From Malacoraja senta (taxonomy: Eukaryota): a DNA stretch of 64,000 nucleotides. Every line of letters starts with the position of its first letter. Within the stretch, counting starts at the first letter, position 1. Under the pieces are notes generated by a model. The model saw nothing but the letters and a program-made list of their open reading frames with translations. It ran no database searches and was not told the DNA's origin. This document shows, one piece after another, positions 37,868 to 50,759 of this stretch. The stretch is taken from positions 8,558,001-8,622,000 of the forward strand of contig CM075991.1 of the NCBI GenBank assembly GCA_038087875.1, given 5' to 3'. The position numbers were made by a program, and so were the translations under genes.

Positions 37868-38548
37868 GTACTGAAAGTAAGCATGCAGGTACAGCAGGCA
37901 GTGTAGAAAGCAAATGGCATGTTGGGCTTCAAAGCGAGAGGATTTGAGTATAGGAGCCAGGAGGTCCTACTGCAGTTGTACAGGGCTCTGGTGAGGCCAC
38001 ACCTGGAGTATTGTGGCCGTTTTGGTCTCCTAATTTGAGGAAGTACATTATTGCTATTGAGGGAGTGCAGCATAGGTTCATCAGGTTAATTCCCGGGATG
38101 GCGGGACTGACATATGATGAAAGATTGGATAGACTGGGCTTGTATTCACTGGAATTTAGAAGGATGAGAGGGTAACATATAAAATTCTTAAGGGATTGGA
38201 CAGGCTAGATGCAAGAAAAATGTTCCCGATGTTGGGGGAGTCCAGAACCAAGGGTCACAGTTTATGAATAAGGGGTGGGCCATTTAGGACTGAGAAGATT
38301 AAAAAAAATTCAGCCAAAGAGTTGTGAATCTGTGGAATTCTCTGCCACAGAGGGCAGTGGAGGCCGATTCACTGGATGTTTTCAAGAGAGAGTTAGATAT
38401 GGCTCTTCGGGCTAACAGAATCAAGGGATTTGGGGAGAAAGCAGGAATGGGGTACTGATTCTGGATGATCAGCCATGATCATAATGAATGGCGGTGCTGG
38501 CTCGAAGGGCCGAATGGCCTACTCCTGCACCTATTTTCTATGTTTCTA
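37868..38548 (+). mobile_element. CR1 LINE 3' fragment
   Basis: KANGMLGF..RGFEYRSQEVLLQLYRALVRPHLEYC motif and downstream consensus. Confidence 0.9.
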
Positions 38549-38910
38549 TACCTCCAGTTTCCCTCTCCCCTGACTCTCACTGCAGAAGGGGTCTCGACCC
38601 GAAATGTCACCTATTCCTTTCCCCCAGAGATGCTGCCTGACCTGCTGAATTACTCCAGCTTTTTGCATCTACCCTATTTGTTTCAATGGACTGGAGAACG
38701 AGGAAAATAAATGCATACAAAAAACCTATTTGGGTTTTATTGAATTCTCCATTTGAATGTGATTTCCATTATCTTAAATTGACTAATAATTAGTATTTTT
38801 AATTACTTGCATTATTGTTCATATTAACAGGAGAATGTCAATTGGCCCAGAGCTTGCAACATTATTCAAAAAGATCACAGCTGACTTATTTGTAACAAAT
38901 TTGTATTGAC

Positions 38911-40850
38911 TGACATTTATTACAAATCCACTGACTCCCACAATTATCTCGACTACACTTCTTCCCACCCTGCTTCCTTCAAAGACTCTATCTCCAACTC
39001 CCAATTCCTCCGTCTTTGCCGCATCTGCACCCAAGATGAGGTGTTCCATACCATGACTTCCGAGGAATCATAGATGAGGCCCTCACTCGTGTCTCCTCGG
39101 TACCCCGCAGATCCCCCTCCCCCTAGTTGCAACAGAGACAGATTCCCCCTAGTCATTCCCCCTAGGACTGGACAAGCTAGATGCAGGAAAAATGTTCCCA
39201 ATGTTGGGCGAGTCCAGAACCAGGGGCCACAGTCTTAGAATGAAGGGGAGGTCATTTAAGACTGAGGCGAGAAAAAACTTTTTCACCCAGAGAGTTGTGA
39301 ATTTATGGAATTCCCTGCCACAGAGGGCAGTGGAGGCCAAGTCACTGGATGGATTTAAGGGAGAGTTAGATATAGCTCTAGGGGTTAGTGGAGTCAAGGG
39401 ATATGGAGAGAAGGCAGGCACGGGTTATTGATAGGGGACGATCAGCCAGGATCACAATGAATGGCGGTGCTGGATCGAAGGGCCGAATGGCCTCCTCCTG
39501 CACCTATTTTCTATGTTTCTATGTTTCTATTATCTTTCACCCCATCAGCCATCGCATACAACACATAATCCTCTGAAATTTCTGCCACCTCCAACGAGAT
39601 CCCACCACTAGCCACATTTTCCCATCTCCACCTCTTTCCGCCTTCCGCAGAGACCGTTCCCTCCTCAACTCCCTGGTTAACTCATCCCTTCCCACCCAAA
39701 CCACCCCCTCTCCAGGTACCTTCCCCTGCAGAAGATGCAACACCTGTCCATATACCTCCTCCCTCGACTCTGTCCAGGGACCCTGACAGTCCTTTCAGGT
39801 TAGGCAGAGGTTCACTTGCACCTCCTCCAACCTCATCTACTCGGCGAGACCAAACGTAGACTGTGCGATTGTTTTGCTGAACACCGTCGCTCAGTCCGCC
39901 TGGACCTACCTGATCTCCCGGTTGCTAAACACTTCAATTCTCCTTCCCATTCCCACACTGACCTTTCTGTCCTAGGTCTCCTCCATTGTCAGGGTGAGGC
40001 TAAACGCAAATTGGAGGAACAGCATCTCATATTTTGCTTGAGCAGCTTACAGCCCAGTGGTTGAATTTTATGATTTCTCTAACTTCAAGTAACCCCGGCA
40101 TTCCCTCTCTCTCTATCCCTCCCCCACCCAAGTTGCACTAGCTTCTCATTTTCACCCAACAAACAGCTTACAATGGCCTGTTTCCCTTATCATCGTAGGG
40201 AGGCAAAAATGCTGGAGAAACTCAGCGGGTGAGGCAGCATCTATGGAGCGAAGGAACATGGAAAAGTTTCGGGTCAAGACCCTTCTTCAGACTGATGTGA
40301 GAGGGGGGGGGGGGAAGAAGAAAGGAAGAGGTAGAGCCAGTGGGCTGAGGGAGAGCTGAGAAGGGGAGGAGAAAGCAGGGACTACCTGAAATTGGAGAAG
40401 TCAATGTTCATACCGCTGGGGTTTAAACTGCCCAAGCGAGATATGAGGTGCTGCTCCTCCAAATTACGGTGGGCCTCACTCTGGCCATGGAGGAGGCCCA
40501 GGACAGAAAGGTCGGATTCGGAATGGGAGGGGGAGTTGAAGTGCTGAGCCACCGGGAGATCAGGTTGGTTATTGCGAACCGAGCGGAGGTGTTGGGCGAA
40601 GCGATCGCCAAGCCTACACTTGGTCTCACCGATGTAGATCAGCTGACATCTAGAGCAGCGGATGCAATTATCATCGTTACTTTTTTGCATATCTTTCATT
40701 CATTTTTCTTTATCTCTCTACATTATCGTCTACTGTAAATCTCTCGTTTCCCTTAAACCCTAACTAGACTGAAGAAGGGTCTCGACCCATTCTTTCTCTC
40801 CAGAGATGCTGCCTGTTCCGCTGAGTTACTCCAGCTTTTTGTGTCGATTA
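38911..40850 (+). mobile_element. Penelope-like element (PLE) remnant: RT thumb, GIY-YIG endonuclease and pseudo-LTR, interrupted by a CR1 (39165-39528) and a second PLE (40197-40667)
   Basis: Translates DIYYKSTDSHNYLDYTSSHPAS..SQFLRLCRIC (PLE RT motif) and GETKRRL..FAEH..PVAKHFNSPSHS..LEEQHLIF.L (GIY-YIG). Frameshifted. Confidence 0.85.
40197..40667 (-). mobile_element. PLE 3' fragment (GIY-YIG endonuclease plus pseudo-LTR with hammerhead motif) nested in another PLE
   Basis: ORF 40382-40699 reads CIRCSRCQLIYIGETKCRLGDRFAQHL...PVAQHFN...GMNIDFSNFR. 10-bp TSD TTATCATCGT at 40187-40196 and 40668-40677. Confidence 0.85.
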
Positions 40851-41689
40851 TTTGTAACAATAGACAATAGGTGCAGGAGTAGGCCATTCGGCCCTTCGAG
40901 CCAGCACCGCCATTCAATGTGATCATGGCTGATCATCCCCAATCAGTACCCCATTCCTGCCTTTTCCCCATATCCCCTGACTCTGCTATTTTTAAGAGCC
41001 CTATCTAGCTCTCTCTTGAAAGTATCCAGAGAACCAGCCTCTGAGGCAGAGAATTCCACAGACTCACAACTCTCTGTGAGAAAAAGTGTTTCCTCGTCTC
41101 CGTTCTAAATGGCGTACTCCTTATTCTTAAACTGTGGCCCCTGGTTCTAGATTCCCCCAACATCGGAACATGTTTCCTGCCTCTAGCGTGTCCAATGTTT
41201 CCTGCCTCTAGCGTGTCCAAACCCTTATCCATATCCATCCATTCCCTGCATGTTCATGTGCCGATCAGAAGACCTTGTAGTTGTATCTGCTTCCATCTTC
41301 GCATGTGGCAGTGTGTTCTAGGCCCCCATCTGTGTCTAAAACATGCCCATTACATCTCCAATAGACCTCCCCAATCGGATCTTAAAGCTACGCCCTCTAG
41401 TTTGTGATATTTCCATATCGGGATAAAAAGGTTCCGACTTTAAAAAATCTTGTTTTACTTATAGAGGTACAACGTGGAAAAGGAGGCCTTTCGGCCCACC
41501 GAGTCCACACCGACTAGTGTCCACCACGTACACTAGCACCATCCTACACACAAGGGACAATTCACAATTCACAAAGGCCAATTAACCTTCCAAACATGTA
41601 CATTTTTGGGAGTGTGGGAGGAAACCAGAGAGCCCAGGGAAAACCCAAGCAGTCACAGGGAGAGCATGCAAACTCCGTACAGACAGCAC

Positions 41690-42072
41690 CCCTTCCATCG
41701 AGGGGATCTACCACAGTCGCTGCCTCAAAAAGGCTGGCAGCATCATCAAGGAGCCACACCATCCTGGCCACACACTCATCTCCCTACTACCTTCAGGTAG
41801 AAGGTACAGGAGCCTGAAGACTGCAACGACCAGGTTCAGGAATAGCGACTTCCCCACAGCCATCAGGCTATTAAACCTGGCTTGGACATAACACTGAACT
41901 TTACTAGCCAATACTGTTATTTGCACTTTATCAGTATATTGACCATTGTGTATATATTTATAGAATGCCTTGTAGTAAATGCCTACTATGTTCTGTTGTG
42001 CTCAAGCAAAGCAAGAATTTCATTGTCCTACCAGGGACACATGACAATAAACTCACTTGACTTGACACTTGA
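41690..42072 (+). mobile_element. Rex1/Babar-like LINE 3' end nested in a SINE
   Basis: Translates IIKEPHHPGHTLISLLPSGRRYRSLKTATTRFRNSDFPTAIRLLN. Tail ATGACAATAAA(CTTGA)n. Confidence 0.75.
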
Positions 42073-43027
42073 CGACCCCGTAGTCAGCATCGAACCTGGG
42101 ACTCTGGTGCTGCAAGGCAGCAACTCTACCGCTGGTGTTGTGCTGTTTTATGTTCTATGTTCCACAAAGACTCAACGCCAACACGCTTTCTTTCCCAGCG
42201 CTCTGAAGAGGCTAAAACGCATGGGGAAAAGAAGGCACAATAAATCTGTTATCTGATCTATCGATCTTCCGCCGACTCATCCAATTGTTGTGAGAATATG
42301 TTAGAAGGCCAGTGCCCCAAGTCTGAGCTGCATCCACAGAACCAGGCAGAATATTGAAGTACAAAATGACTGCGATCATAAATCATGGCCACAAAACCAG
42401 TTCGGTTTTGCTTATATTCAACATCAATATTCGCCAGCCCGCAGCAAACTCCACTGCAGGGGTATAACTCTCGACATTAACCACAAAAGGCCCTATGAGC
42501 GATATAAATATTATTTGAATTTTTCCTGCAGTTTAATTGGAATTGGAAAGGCCCATAAATATTCATGAGTTCTTTATGTCAATGATTGCATTGAAAACCC
42601 ATTACTCTTTCACAAACAATCCAGAGAAACAAAAACTTAATTCTGGATGTCATTCCATTTAAAGGATGTGATGGCTTTTTCACCCCCAATTAGTAGGATG
42701 ACAGAGGGGCTTATTCTGATTTGTATTCTGAGTCATGATGGGCAACATAGTTATTCCGATCTGATTAGCTCCTGGTCGAGGGAGGTTTTTTCTAATCGAT
42801 TCCAGGGCTGGACTAAGAAACCATGGGCGCCTCTGCTCGTTCCTTGCATACTGAAGTTGCTGCTTGAGATGGGGAAGCTGTGAAGCAGATTTCAGCAGCA
42901 ACCCTCCTCCCCGCAACCATAGGACACAGTGGAGGTTCAGTACCCCAGTGTCCAGCGGGTCGCCAGTAAATGGCCACCAGGTGTCGACTCCAACATCTGC
43001 AATTACTATACGCGGTCACAGTGGATG

Positions 43028-43227
43028 NNNNNNNNNNNNNNNNNNNNNNNNNNNNNNNNNNNNNNNNNNNNNNNNNNNNNNNNNNNNNNNNNNNNNNNNN
43101 NNNNNNNNNNNNNNNNNNNNNNNNNNNNNNNNNNNNNNNNNNNNNNNNNNNNNNNNNNNNNNNNNNNNNNNNNNNNNNNNNNNNNNNNNNNNNNNNNNNN
43201 NNNNNNNNNNNNNNNNNNNNNNNNNNN
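43028..43227. other. Assembly gap (200 N)
   Basis: Run of N. Confidence 1.
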
Positions 43228-43389
43228 TTCAGGGACAGTTTCTTCCCAGCTGTAATCAGTCAACTGAACCATCCTACCACAACTAGAGAGCAGTCCTAAG
43301 CTACCAACTACCTCATTGGAGTCCCTCAGACTATCTTTGATCGAAAATACAAACTCTGTAAAAATAGCACCCATAGTCAGGATTGAACC

Positions 43390-44012
43390 ATATAACCATA
43401 TAACAATTACAGCACGGAAACAGGCCATCTCGGCCCTTCAAGTCCGTGCCGAACATTATTATTATTATTATTATTATTTTTTATTTTTTATTTTATTATT
43501 ATTTTTTTTTAAATAAATACTTCCCCCTAGTCCCATCTACCTGCACTTAGACCATAACCCTCCATTCCTTTCCCGTCCATATACCCATCCAATCTATTTT
43601 TAAAGGATAAAATCGAACCAGCCTCCACCACTTCCACTGGAAGCTCATTCCACACAGCTACCACTCTCTGAGTAAAGAAGTTCCCCTAATGTTCCCCCTA
43701 AACTTCTGTCCCTTAATTCTCAAGTCATGTCCCCTTGTTTGAATCTTCCCTACTCTCAATGGAAAAAGCTTATCCACGTCCACTCTGTCTAACCCGCTCA
43801 TAATTTTAAAGACCTCTATCAAGTACCCTCTTAACCTTCTGCGCTCCAAAGAATAAAGACCTAACTTGTTCAACCTTTCCCTGTAACTTAGTTGCTGAAA
43901 CCCAGGTAACATTCTAGTAAATCTCCTCTGTACTCTCTCTATTTTGTTGACATCCTTCCTATAATTAGGCGACCAAATTGCACTCCATACTCTAGAATTG
44001 GCCTCACCAATT
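43390..44012 (-). mobile_element. CR1 LINE 3' fragment
   Basis: MLPGFQQLSYRERLNKLGLYSLERRRLRG. Confidence 0.9.
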
Positions 44013-44729
44013 CTGTTTGGTCAGCAGAATTGGATTCAGATGAGGATTTATTCCCCATCTACCATTTCCCTTGAGATGATGGTGGTGAACCGCTTGCCTG
44101 AGCCACCAACGCCCTTGACTCCCTTTAACCTGGATCTCAGGCATTGTAAGGCAGCAACTCTACCGCTGCACCACCCTAGTGTTGTGTATTCCAGCATTTT
44201 CTGTTCATGTTTTGGATTTCCAGTATCGGCAGTATTTTTTGATGTGCACCCTTCTTTCAGCATGAAAACTCAAGCAACTGCAGATGTTGATTCTTTCGTC
44301 GTTATTCATTGAAAGGCCTGAAGTTCGCCATCTAGAGAGCGGGCCTGACTCCCACCTACATCATTGGAGACATTCGAACTATCATTAGTTGGACTTTATT
44401 GGTCTTCTGTGACAATAAACGCCCTTGACTCCCTTTATCCTGTATCTGTACACTGCGGACGGCTTGATTGTAACCGTGTAGTATTTTCGCTGACTGGATA
44501 GCATGCAACACAAAAGCTTTTCACTGTACCTCGGTACGGGTCACAATAAACTAAACTCACCTATAATAGAAAAAAGGTCTCACTGTACCTTGGTACACGG
44601 ACATTAATAAAACAAACTAAGAAAAAAGTCAAGGTGGTGGCAGAGAATATTTTGTGGAATAGTGGATATGGAATGGCGTACATAGACGGTGCGCTGGAAC
44701 TATGCAGCAATGCCTCCACCAGCTACCCT

Positions 44730-45400
44730 ACAGTAGCAGTGAAGAAAGCGAATGGTATGTTAGCATTCATAGCAAAAGGATTTGAGTATAGGAGCAGGGA
44801 GGTTCTACTGCAGTTGTACAGGGTCTTGGTGAGACCACACCTGGAGTATTGCGTACAGATTTGGTCTCCAAATCTGAGGAAGGACATTATAGCCATAGAG
44901 GAGTACAGAGAAGGTTCACCAGACTGATTCCTGGGATGTCAGGACTTTCATATGAAGAAAGACTGGATAGACTCGGCTTGTACTCGCTAGAATTTAGAAG
45001 ATTGAGGGGGGATCTTATAGAAACTTACAAAATTCTTAAGGGGTTGGACAGGCTAGATGCAGGAAGATTGTTCCCGATGTTGGGGAAGTCCAGGACAAGG
45101 GGTCGCAGTTTAAGTATAAGCGGGAAATCCTTTAGGACCGAGATGAGAAAAACATTTTTCACACAGAGAGTGGTGAATCTGTGGAATTCTCTGCCACAGA
45201 AGGTAGTTGAGGCCAGTTCATTGGCTATATTTAAGAGGGAGTTAGATGTGGCCCTTGTGGCTAAAGGGATCAGGGGGTATGGAGAGAAGGCAGGTACGGG
45301 ATACTGAGTTGGATGATCAGCCATGATCATATTGAATGGCGGTGCAGGCTCGAAGGGCCGAATGGCCTACTCCTGCACCTATTTCCTATGTTTCTATGTT
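44730..45400 (+). mobile_element. CR1 LINE 3' fragment
   Basis: ORFs 44634-44927 and 44849-45307 give a frameshifted CR1 ORF2 C-terminus. Confidence 0.9.
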
Positions 45401-45529
45401 TACAATCGTTAATGGAGAAGCTAAGCCAGACTGGATTACAAATGCCTGAATTTAAGTCTGAAGTTAAGGAACCCTCAAATTGTCAATACTGCAGAGAAGA
45501 AAGGAATCGGCTGTGCTTGAAAGGCAGAG

Positions 45530-46468
45530 TAATAGACTGATACAGCGTGGAAACAGGCCCTTCGGCCCAACTTGCCCACCACCGGCCAACATGTCCCAGC
45601 TACACTAGTCCACCTGCCTGCGTTTGGTCCATATCCCTTCAACCTGTCCTATCCATGTACCTGTCTAACTGCTTCTTAAACGTTGGGATAGTCCCTGCCT
45701 CAACTCCCTCCACTGGCAGCTTGTTCCATACACACACCAGCCTTTGTGTGAAGAAGTTACCCCTCAGATTCCTATTAAATATTTTCCTCTTTACCTTAAA
45801 CCTATGCCCCTGGTCCTCGATTCACCTACTCTGGGCAAGGGACTCTGTGCGTCTACCCAATCTATTCCCTGGGATGGCGGGACTGTCATATGAGGAAAGA
45901 TTGAAAAGACTAGAGGGTTGTATTCAACTGGAGTTTAGAAGGATGAGGGGGAATCTTATAGAAACATATGAAATTATAAAAGGACTGGACAAGCTAGATG
46001 CAGGAAAAATGTTCCCAATGTTGGGCGAGTCCAGAACCAGGGCCACAGTGTTAGAATAAAGGGGAGGTCATTTAAGACTGAGTGAGAAAACACTTTTTCT
46101 CCCAAAGAGTTGTGAATTTATGGAATTCCCTGCCACAGAGGGCAGTGGAGGCCAAGTCACTGGATGGATTTAAGAGAGAGTTAGATAGAGCTCTAGGGGC
46201 TAGTGGAGTCAAGGGATATGGGGAGAAGGCAGGCACGGGTTATTGATAGGGCACGATCAGCCATGATCACAATGAATGGCGGTGCTGGCTCGAAGGGCCG
46301 AATGACCTCCTCCTGCACCTATTTTCTATGTTTCTATGTTTCTATTCCTCTCATGATTTTACACACTCTAAAAGATCACCCCTCGTCCTCCTGCGCTCCA
46401 AGGAATAGAGTCCCAGCCTGCTCAACCTCTCCCTGTAGCTCAGACCCTCTAGTCCTGGCAACATGCTC
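45530..46468. mobile_element. Nested CR1s: a plus-strand copy (45869-46340) inside a minus-strand copy
   Basis: TCTATTCC occurs at both junctions. The minus-strand consensus resumes after the insert. Confidence 0.8.
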
Positions 46469-47130
46469 CCAGGGATCTGACAAGGCCAATAATGTTGTCA
46501 GAGACTGCTTCCTCCCTGCATCCTGACGAAACTCACAGTGGAACTGCTCAATATTGAAAGCCTCTTGAATATTCCCTCGTAAAAAAATCCTTTCATAAAA
46601 AGGATTTCCATGTGTGTGAAAGTGTACTGCAGCCTCTGCTGTGGCTGTCTCTGTGGGTAGTGCAACAAGGGGTTTTGATTAATCAAGTTAAAACAGCGGG
46701 TGGTCAAAAATAGATTGCAGATCAAAATATTCAGCAATGTTGGCTTCACTGGCGAGGCCAGCACTCCCCCCCCCCCCCCCCCCCACCCCGATTGCATGGG
46801 TGAAGGTGATAGTGAACCGTTGTCAGAGAGTCAGACAGCAGGGAAACAGGCCCTTCGGCCCAGCTTGCCCATGCCGACCAAGATTCCCCATCTACACTAG
46901 TCCCACCTGCCCGCGTTTGGCCCACATCCCTCTAAACCTTTCCTATCCACATACCTGTACAAATGTATTTTAAATGTTGTTTTCGTTCCTGCCTCAACTA
47001 CTCCCCTCTGGCAGCTCATTTCATACACCCACCACCCTCAGTGTGAAAAAGTTGCCCCTCAGATTCCAATTAAATCCTTCCCCCCTTGAACCTATGTCCT
47101 CTGGTTCTTGAATCTAGCAAAGGTTTTTAA

Positions 47131-47742
47131 GGGTGGCACAATGGCGCAGCGGTAGAGTTGCTGCCTTACAGCGCCAGGGTCCCGGGTACGATCCTGACTA
47201 CAGATGCTGTCTGTGTGGAGTTTGTACGTTCTCCCTGTGACCTGCGTGGGTTTTGTCCGGGTGCTCTGGTTTCCTCCCACACTCCAAAGACGTGCAGGTT
47301 TGTTGACTAATTGGCTTGGGTAAAAATTGTAAATGGTCCCTAGTGCGTGTAGGATAGCGTTATGGCCCTGTCCCACGGTGCGAGTTCATTCCAAGAGCTC
47401 TCCCGAGTTTGCCCTGATTCGAACTCGGAGATTTACGGTAATGGCCGCTCGTCGGTACTCGGGGCTCTCGTGGACATTTTTCAACATGTTGAAAAATGTT
47501 CACGAGTCTTCCCGTGCTTACCTGCCGTTAGCGAGTCTTCCCGAGTACCTGCCGTCCCCGAGCTCCGACGTACCCGCTACGTTCATTCTCCGTGCTTACC
47601 ACGAGTTTGATTTTTTTAAAACTCAGGAGAGCTCTTGGAATGAACTCGTACCGTGGGACAGGGCCATCAGTGTGCGGGGATCGCTGGTCAGCGCTGAAGG
47701 GCCTGTTTCCGCACAGTATCTCTAAACTAACTAAAACTAAAT
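47131..47742 (+). mobile_element. HE1-type SINE interrupted by a MITE
   Basis: Consensus continues on both sides of 47363-47666. Confidence 0.85.
47363..47666. mobile_element. Harbinger-type MITE nested in a SINE
   Basis: Termini TGGCCCTGTCCCACGG...CCGTGGGACAGGGCCA. Flanks TTA/TCA. Confidence 0.85.
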
Positions 47743-48134
47743 GAAATTGTTGGTGGATAGAATGCTCCAGGATTTAGACCGAGTGACAAAGCAGGAATGG
47801 TTGATGTAGAAACAAAGAACTGCAGATGCTGGCTTACAATAAAGTTAAACACAATATGCTGGAGTAACTCAGTGGGTCAGGCAGCATCTCTGGTGAAAAA
47901 GGATGGGTGATGTTTCGGTTCGGGACCTTTCTCCTAACGGGTTAATATATTCTCAAGATGGTGTTGGGGAATATTGTGGAGAGGGCAGGACAGGGGTTGG
48001 AAGACGTTTCCCTGCATCTGATGCAGTTGCCCAACTTGAGGGTGGAGATAATGGGCCTGGGAGGTGATGTTGGGGAAGTCTAAGTGAGTAACTACAGTGC
48101 ACTTTGCACATAGTGTAGTGTGGCCGCGATGATC

Positions 48135-48593
48135 ATAAGGAATAGTAGAATTAGGCCATTCGGCCCATCAAGTCTACTCTGCCATCAATCATGGCTGATC
48201 TATCTCTCCCTCCTAACCCCATTCTCCTGCCTTCTCCCCATAACCTCTGGCACCCGTACTAATCAAATATCTATTAATCTCCACCTTAAAAATATCCACT
48301 GACTTGGCCTCTGCACCCTTCTGTGGCAATGAATTCCACAGATTCATCACCCTCTGACTAAATAAATTTCTCCTCATCACCTTCCTAAAAGAACGCCCTT
48401 CAATTCTGAAGCACGGACCTTTAGTTCTAGACTCTCCCACTGGTGGAAACATCCTCTCCACATCCACTCTATCCAAGCCTTTCACTATTCTGTATGCTTC
48501 AATTAGGTCCCCCCACCTCATTCTTCTAAACTCCAGCGAGTGCAGGCCCAGTGCCGACAAACGCTCATCATAGGTTAACCCACTCATTCCTGG
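48135..48593 (-). mobile_element. CR1 LINE 3' fragment
   Basis: ORF 48213-48587. Confidence 0.9.
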
Positions 48594-48965
48594 ATGAGGC
48601 CTTGTGCAGTGGAAGACCAGAGACCCTCCTGTGTTAAATGCAAAAACTTTCTAATGAAGATGTTTCTGCTGTTGCCTGTGGAGACGGAGGGAATCTGGCT
48701 GGGATACAGTTTGCTTATCGCAACAAGTCTTCAGGGAAGAGTTGGTCATTCTTCCAAGGTGGAGCCAGATGAACAAACATTGGCAGGGACGTGCTGTACA
48801 TTGTCATTGCCAAACCAAATCCCCTTGCCCTGCAGATAGAGGCACGGAGTATTTTACAGCAGAGGTCCCTGATTATAATCCAGAGCGGGAAAAATGACCG
48901 ATTATCCGTTCATTGGCTTCTTCCTCTGTCAAGAGTTTCACAATCAGGGGACACTGACTTAGCCT

Positions 48966-49257
48966 GGTTTAGTTTGGAGATACAGCATGGAAACAGGCCC
49001 GTTGCCCGCTGAGTATGCGCCGACCAATGACCCCCGCACACTAACGCTATCCTATACACAAGGGATTTTGCCAAGCCAATTAGCCAACAAACCTGTACGT
49101 CTTGGGAGTGTGGGAGGAAACCAGAGCACCCGGAGAAAACTCATGCAGGTCACGGGGAGAACGTACAAACTCCGTACAGACAGTAGCTGTAGTCAGGATC
49201 GAACCTAGGTCTCTGGCACTGTGAGGCCACAACTCTACCGCTGTGTGCCACCGTGCC
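48966..49257 (-). mobile_element. HE1-type SINE
   Basis: Consensus match. Confidence 0.8.
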
Positions 49258-49867
49258 GTAATGCCATACATTCATTAGTGTTATATTCGGTAATGTTGGC
49301 AAACTTATCTTATACCCAGTACCCTTACCGCTCATGTGGCCTCCTGGGCTGATATCCTTTCCCTTGTTCGAAAGGTGTCCACACCACACCCTGCCCACCA
49401 ATGTTCCACAGCGGGAGGACCCTAGACTTTGGGCGCACGGTGGTGCTACGGTAGAATTACGGTTCGATCCTGACTACGGGTGCTGCTTGTACGGAGTTTG
49501 TACGTTCTCCCCGTGACCTGCGTAGGTTTTTCTCCGAGATCCTCCCTCACTCCAAAGACGGACAGGTTTGTAGGTTAATTGGCTTGATATAGATGTTAAA
49601 TTGTCACTAGAGTGTGTCGGGTAGTGTTAGTGTGCGGGCATCGCTGGTCGGTGCGGACTCGGTGGGCCGAAGGGCCTGTTTCCGTGCTGTCTCTCAAGAA
49701 TTAAACTAAACTAAACTGTAGATCGACACAAAAAGCTGGAGTAACTCAACGGGTCAGATAGCATCTCCGGAGAGAAGGAATAGGTGACGTTTCGGGTCGA
49801 GACCAAACTGTGGTCCTCCCCCACAGAGCACTCCTACTACTAGGGTGGACACAAAATGCTGGAGTTA

Positions 49868-50298
49868 AGCCCCTGTCCCACTTAGGAGACCTAAACAGCG
49901 ACCTCTGGTGACCTTGCCCGCCACCCAAAAACAATTCAAGGTCGAGGTGACCTGCAACCTCCTACCACCTCCCACGCATATGTTGAAAACCTTCCTCGAC
50001 TATGAAGAAAACCGGCTTCGACTAGACCTGCGACTAAAAAATGATCGATTTTTAAAACGGCGACCGATTTTTAGTCGAGGCCGGTTTTCTTCATAGTCGA
50101 GGAAGGTTTTCAACATATGCGTGGGAGGTGGTAGGAGGTTGCAGGTGGTAAAATAGCAACAACCTAGATGAAGCTTCGACCACGCGGAAACCACTTTCGA
50201 CCATTAGGGAGAGTGACCAAAACCTCCAGTGACCTCATGGGTGGCGGGCAAGGTCACCAGAGGGGACTGTTTAGGTCTCCTAAAGTGGGACTGGGGCT
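49868..50298. mobile_element. Harbinger-type MITE with an internal 75-bp inverted repeat, inserted in a pLTR
   Basis: Termini AGCCCCTGTCCCAC...GTGGGACTGGGGCT. The host GCTGGAG-TAA-CTCAGCGGG is split. Confidence 0.85.
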
Positions 50299-50354
50299 TA
50301 ACTCAGCGGGTGAGGCAGCATCTATGGAGAGAAGGAATTGGCGACGTTTCGGGG

Positions 50355-50759
50355 TCCCGAAACGTCGCCAATTCCTTCTCTCCATAGATGCTGCTGCACC
50401 CGCTGAGTTACTCCAGCATTTTGCGTCTACCTTCGATTTACCAGCATCTGCAGTTCTTTCTTAAACAAGCACTCTTCAGTCTGAAGAAGGGTTTCAGCCT
50501 GAAACGTTGCCTATTTCCTTCGCTCCATAGATGCTGCTGCACCCGCTGAGTTACTCCAGCATTTTGCGTCTACCTTCGATTTACCAGCATCTGCAGTTCT
50601 TTCTTAAACAAGCACTCTTCAGTCTGAAGAAGGGTTTCGGCCCGAAACGTTGCCTATTTCCTTCGCTCCATAGATGCTGCTGCACCCGCTGAGTTTCTCC
50701 AGCACTTTTGTCTACCTTCGATTTTCCAGCATCTGCAGTTCTTTCTTAAACAAGCACTC
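50355..50759 (+). repeat. Tandem array of ~2.8 x 143-bp pLTR units, with hammerhead cores at 50481 and 50624
   Basis: GAAACG recurs at 50359, 50501 and 50644. Units are nearly identical. Confidence 0.9.

Noticed and set aside
42864..43428. ORFs spanning X runs
   Set aside because: Created by the 200-N assembly gap.
44634..45307. Protein-coding gene from the RT-like ORFs (also 53484-53939 and 60897-61277)
   Set aside because: 5'-truncated CR1 ORF2 C-termini repeated throughout the window.
48836..48897. Possible terminal exon after CCCCTTGCCCTGCAG (RGTEYFTAEVPDYNPEREK*)
   Set aside because: Unrecognised peptide with no supporting upstream exons.
50355..50759. CRISPR-like array (also considered for 34417-35032 and 58025-58106)
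   Set aside because: Direct tandem units without unique spacers, eukaryotic context and no cas genes.
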